DNA of 64,000 nt. It comes from Octopus bimaculoides. Its lineage: Eukaryota. Made by a program: the position numbers and the translations under genes. The notes under the pieces were generated by a model, which was given only the letters and a program-made list of their open reading frames with translations, was not told the DNA's origin and made no database searches. The stretch lies in the NCBI RefSeq assembly GCF_001194135.2, contig NC_069005.1, positions 11,468,913 to 11,532,912 on the forward strand, read 5' to 3'. Shown here piece after piece: positions 62,701 to 64,000 of this stretch; position 1 is the stretch's first letter; every line of letters starts with the position of its first letter.

Positions 62701-63517
62701 CGAAAACAATAATTCTGACATGTCTAAAATCACTGAGACGTGTGTGTGTGCATGTGCGTGTGTGTGTGTAAGAAAATTCAAATTAAACCCTGAAAAAAAA
62801 AACAACCAAGGGATCTAAAGACACACCCTAATAAGATTAAATACTTGAATACAGAAAAAGGAAAATCATATTGAAATTCTTGAAATATGTGTAAAAAATT
62901 TCACGCCACTTTTATTTTTATTTATTTAATTTTCAAATATTTAAGGAAACCAAGCAAATAAACTAAATGAAAAAATAAACCTGCAAAACCTCATCAAAAG
63001 TTAAAAGATAAGAAAGAAGGAAAATTATTAGGAGTGAGATGAAGGATATTTCTTTAGATTAAAAAGAAACTAATGATATAAATATATTAGATAATAGATA
63101 ATACATACATGTACATAAACACGCATCATTATTTTTTATCTTTTACTTGTTTCAGTCATTAGACTGCGGCCATGCTGGGACACACCTTGAATTTCTTTTA
63201 GATGAATGAATTGACCCAATATTTATTTTTTAAACCATGTATTTATTCTGTCAGTCTCTTTTGCTGAACCACTATGTTACAGGAATGTAAATACACCAAC
63301 ACTGGTTGTCAAGCAGTGATGGGGGGGGGGGAACAAACACACACACACACATGATAGACTTCTTTCAGGTTCTGCAAACCAAATCCACTCAGAAGGCTTT
63401 GGTTGACCTGAGGTTATAGTAGAAGACACTTGCTCAAGATGTCACACAGTGGAACTGAACCTAGAATCATGTGGTTGGGAAGCAAGCTTCTTACCACACA
63501 GCCATGCCTGCAACTAT

Positions 63518-63589
<72 letters not shown>

Positions 63590-64000
63590 GCACATGTATT
63601 TTATATATAATACACACACACATACATAGAAATAGTATTTTTTTCTTCTCCCTTTAATTGCTTAGTCAAAGAGCAAGACCAACATTCACTTAAATATTTC
63701 CCCAGTATGGTGGGCAGAAGAAAGGCAAAATGTTATTTTCAAACAGAGACTTAACCTGAATATTCAGAACCAAGTGGATTCAGGACTATCCGAAAGACAA
63801 CCAAGTGCTAAGTAGAGACATTAAGGTGAGCATCACATTACAATTCCTCTCCATCACTATTACCAAATATTTAAAAAGGCACAACAGGTAGACAGTGTTT
63901 AAGGAGGTTGCTTTGTGACCACATGGTTTTGGGTTCAATTCCATTGCATGGCACCTTGAGCAAGTGACTTTGACTGAAGAGTGAATCTAATAGATGGAAA

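Larger units (their letters stand above)
1..64000. repeat. Very dense microsatellites: (TA)n, (CA)n, (GA)n, (TAG)n, (AAT)n, (GATA)n, (ATAC)n, (ATCC)n; many border N gaps
   Basis: Examples: 6378-6410 (CTAT), 8851-8910 (GATA), 9425-9506 (TA), 19971-20040 (AAT), 49108-49178 (TA), 51599-51672 (GT), 54451-54560 (AAT). Confidence 0.98.

Noticed and set aside
2417-63657. ORFs made of YIYI, HTHT, VCVC, poly-I/N/L/V
   Set aside because: Translations of (TA)n, (CA)n, (AAT)n and (TAG)n microsatellites; no splice or codon evidence.
1-64000. CRISPR arrays, operons, rRNA or intact tRNA genes
   Set aside because: No regularly spaced repeat-spacer array or rRNA similarity; the sequence is eukaryotic, and the tRNA-like hits are degenerate or SINE heads.

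Overview
AT-rich, gap-ridden animal genomic DNA dominated by microsatellites, tRNA-derived SINEs, Tc1/mariner elements, LINEs (RTE, Tx1/L1-like) and Penelope-like remnants. The repeat families and gene structure suggest an octopus (Octopus bimaculoides-like) scaffold; this is inference. Reading splice sites by hand gives four gene models. (1) The terminal exon of a secreted stanniocalcin (STC)-like gene at 312-411. (2) A second STC-like paralog spanning 4581-18742, with a signal-peptide exon, a Cys-rich exon 2 and a terminal exon; exon 3 was not found and probably lies in an N gap. (3) The 3' exons of an unidentified minus-strand gene with a poly-Ser tract, ending at 54768. (4) Tentative plus-strand exons, one C2-like, at 38.7 and 46.7 kb. 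The strongest finding is the tandem STC-like pair: their 3'UTRs are ~94% identical while their terminal coding exons are only ~56% nt and ~26% aa identical, with third codon positions the most conserved. That pattern is typical of rapidly diversifying toxin or secreted-effector families. Other highlights are a core-intact hammerhead ribozyme in sense orientation inside an intron of the minus-strand gene, several more Penelope-type hammerhead motifs, and an antisense SAP-domain ORF directly upstream of a Tc1 transposase. Most ORFs in the supplied track are artefacts of N gaps or microsatellites.
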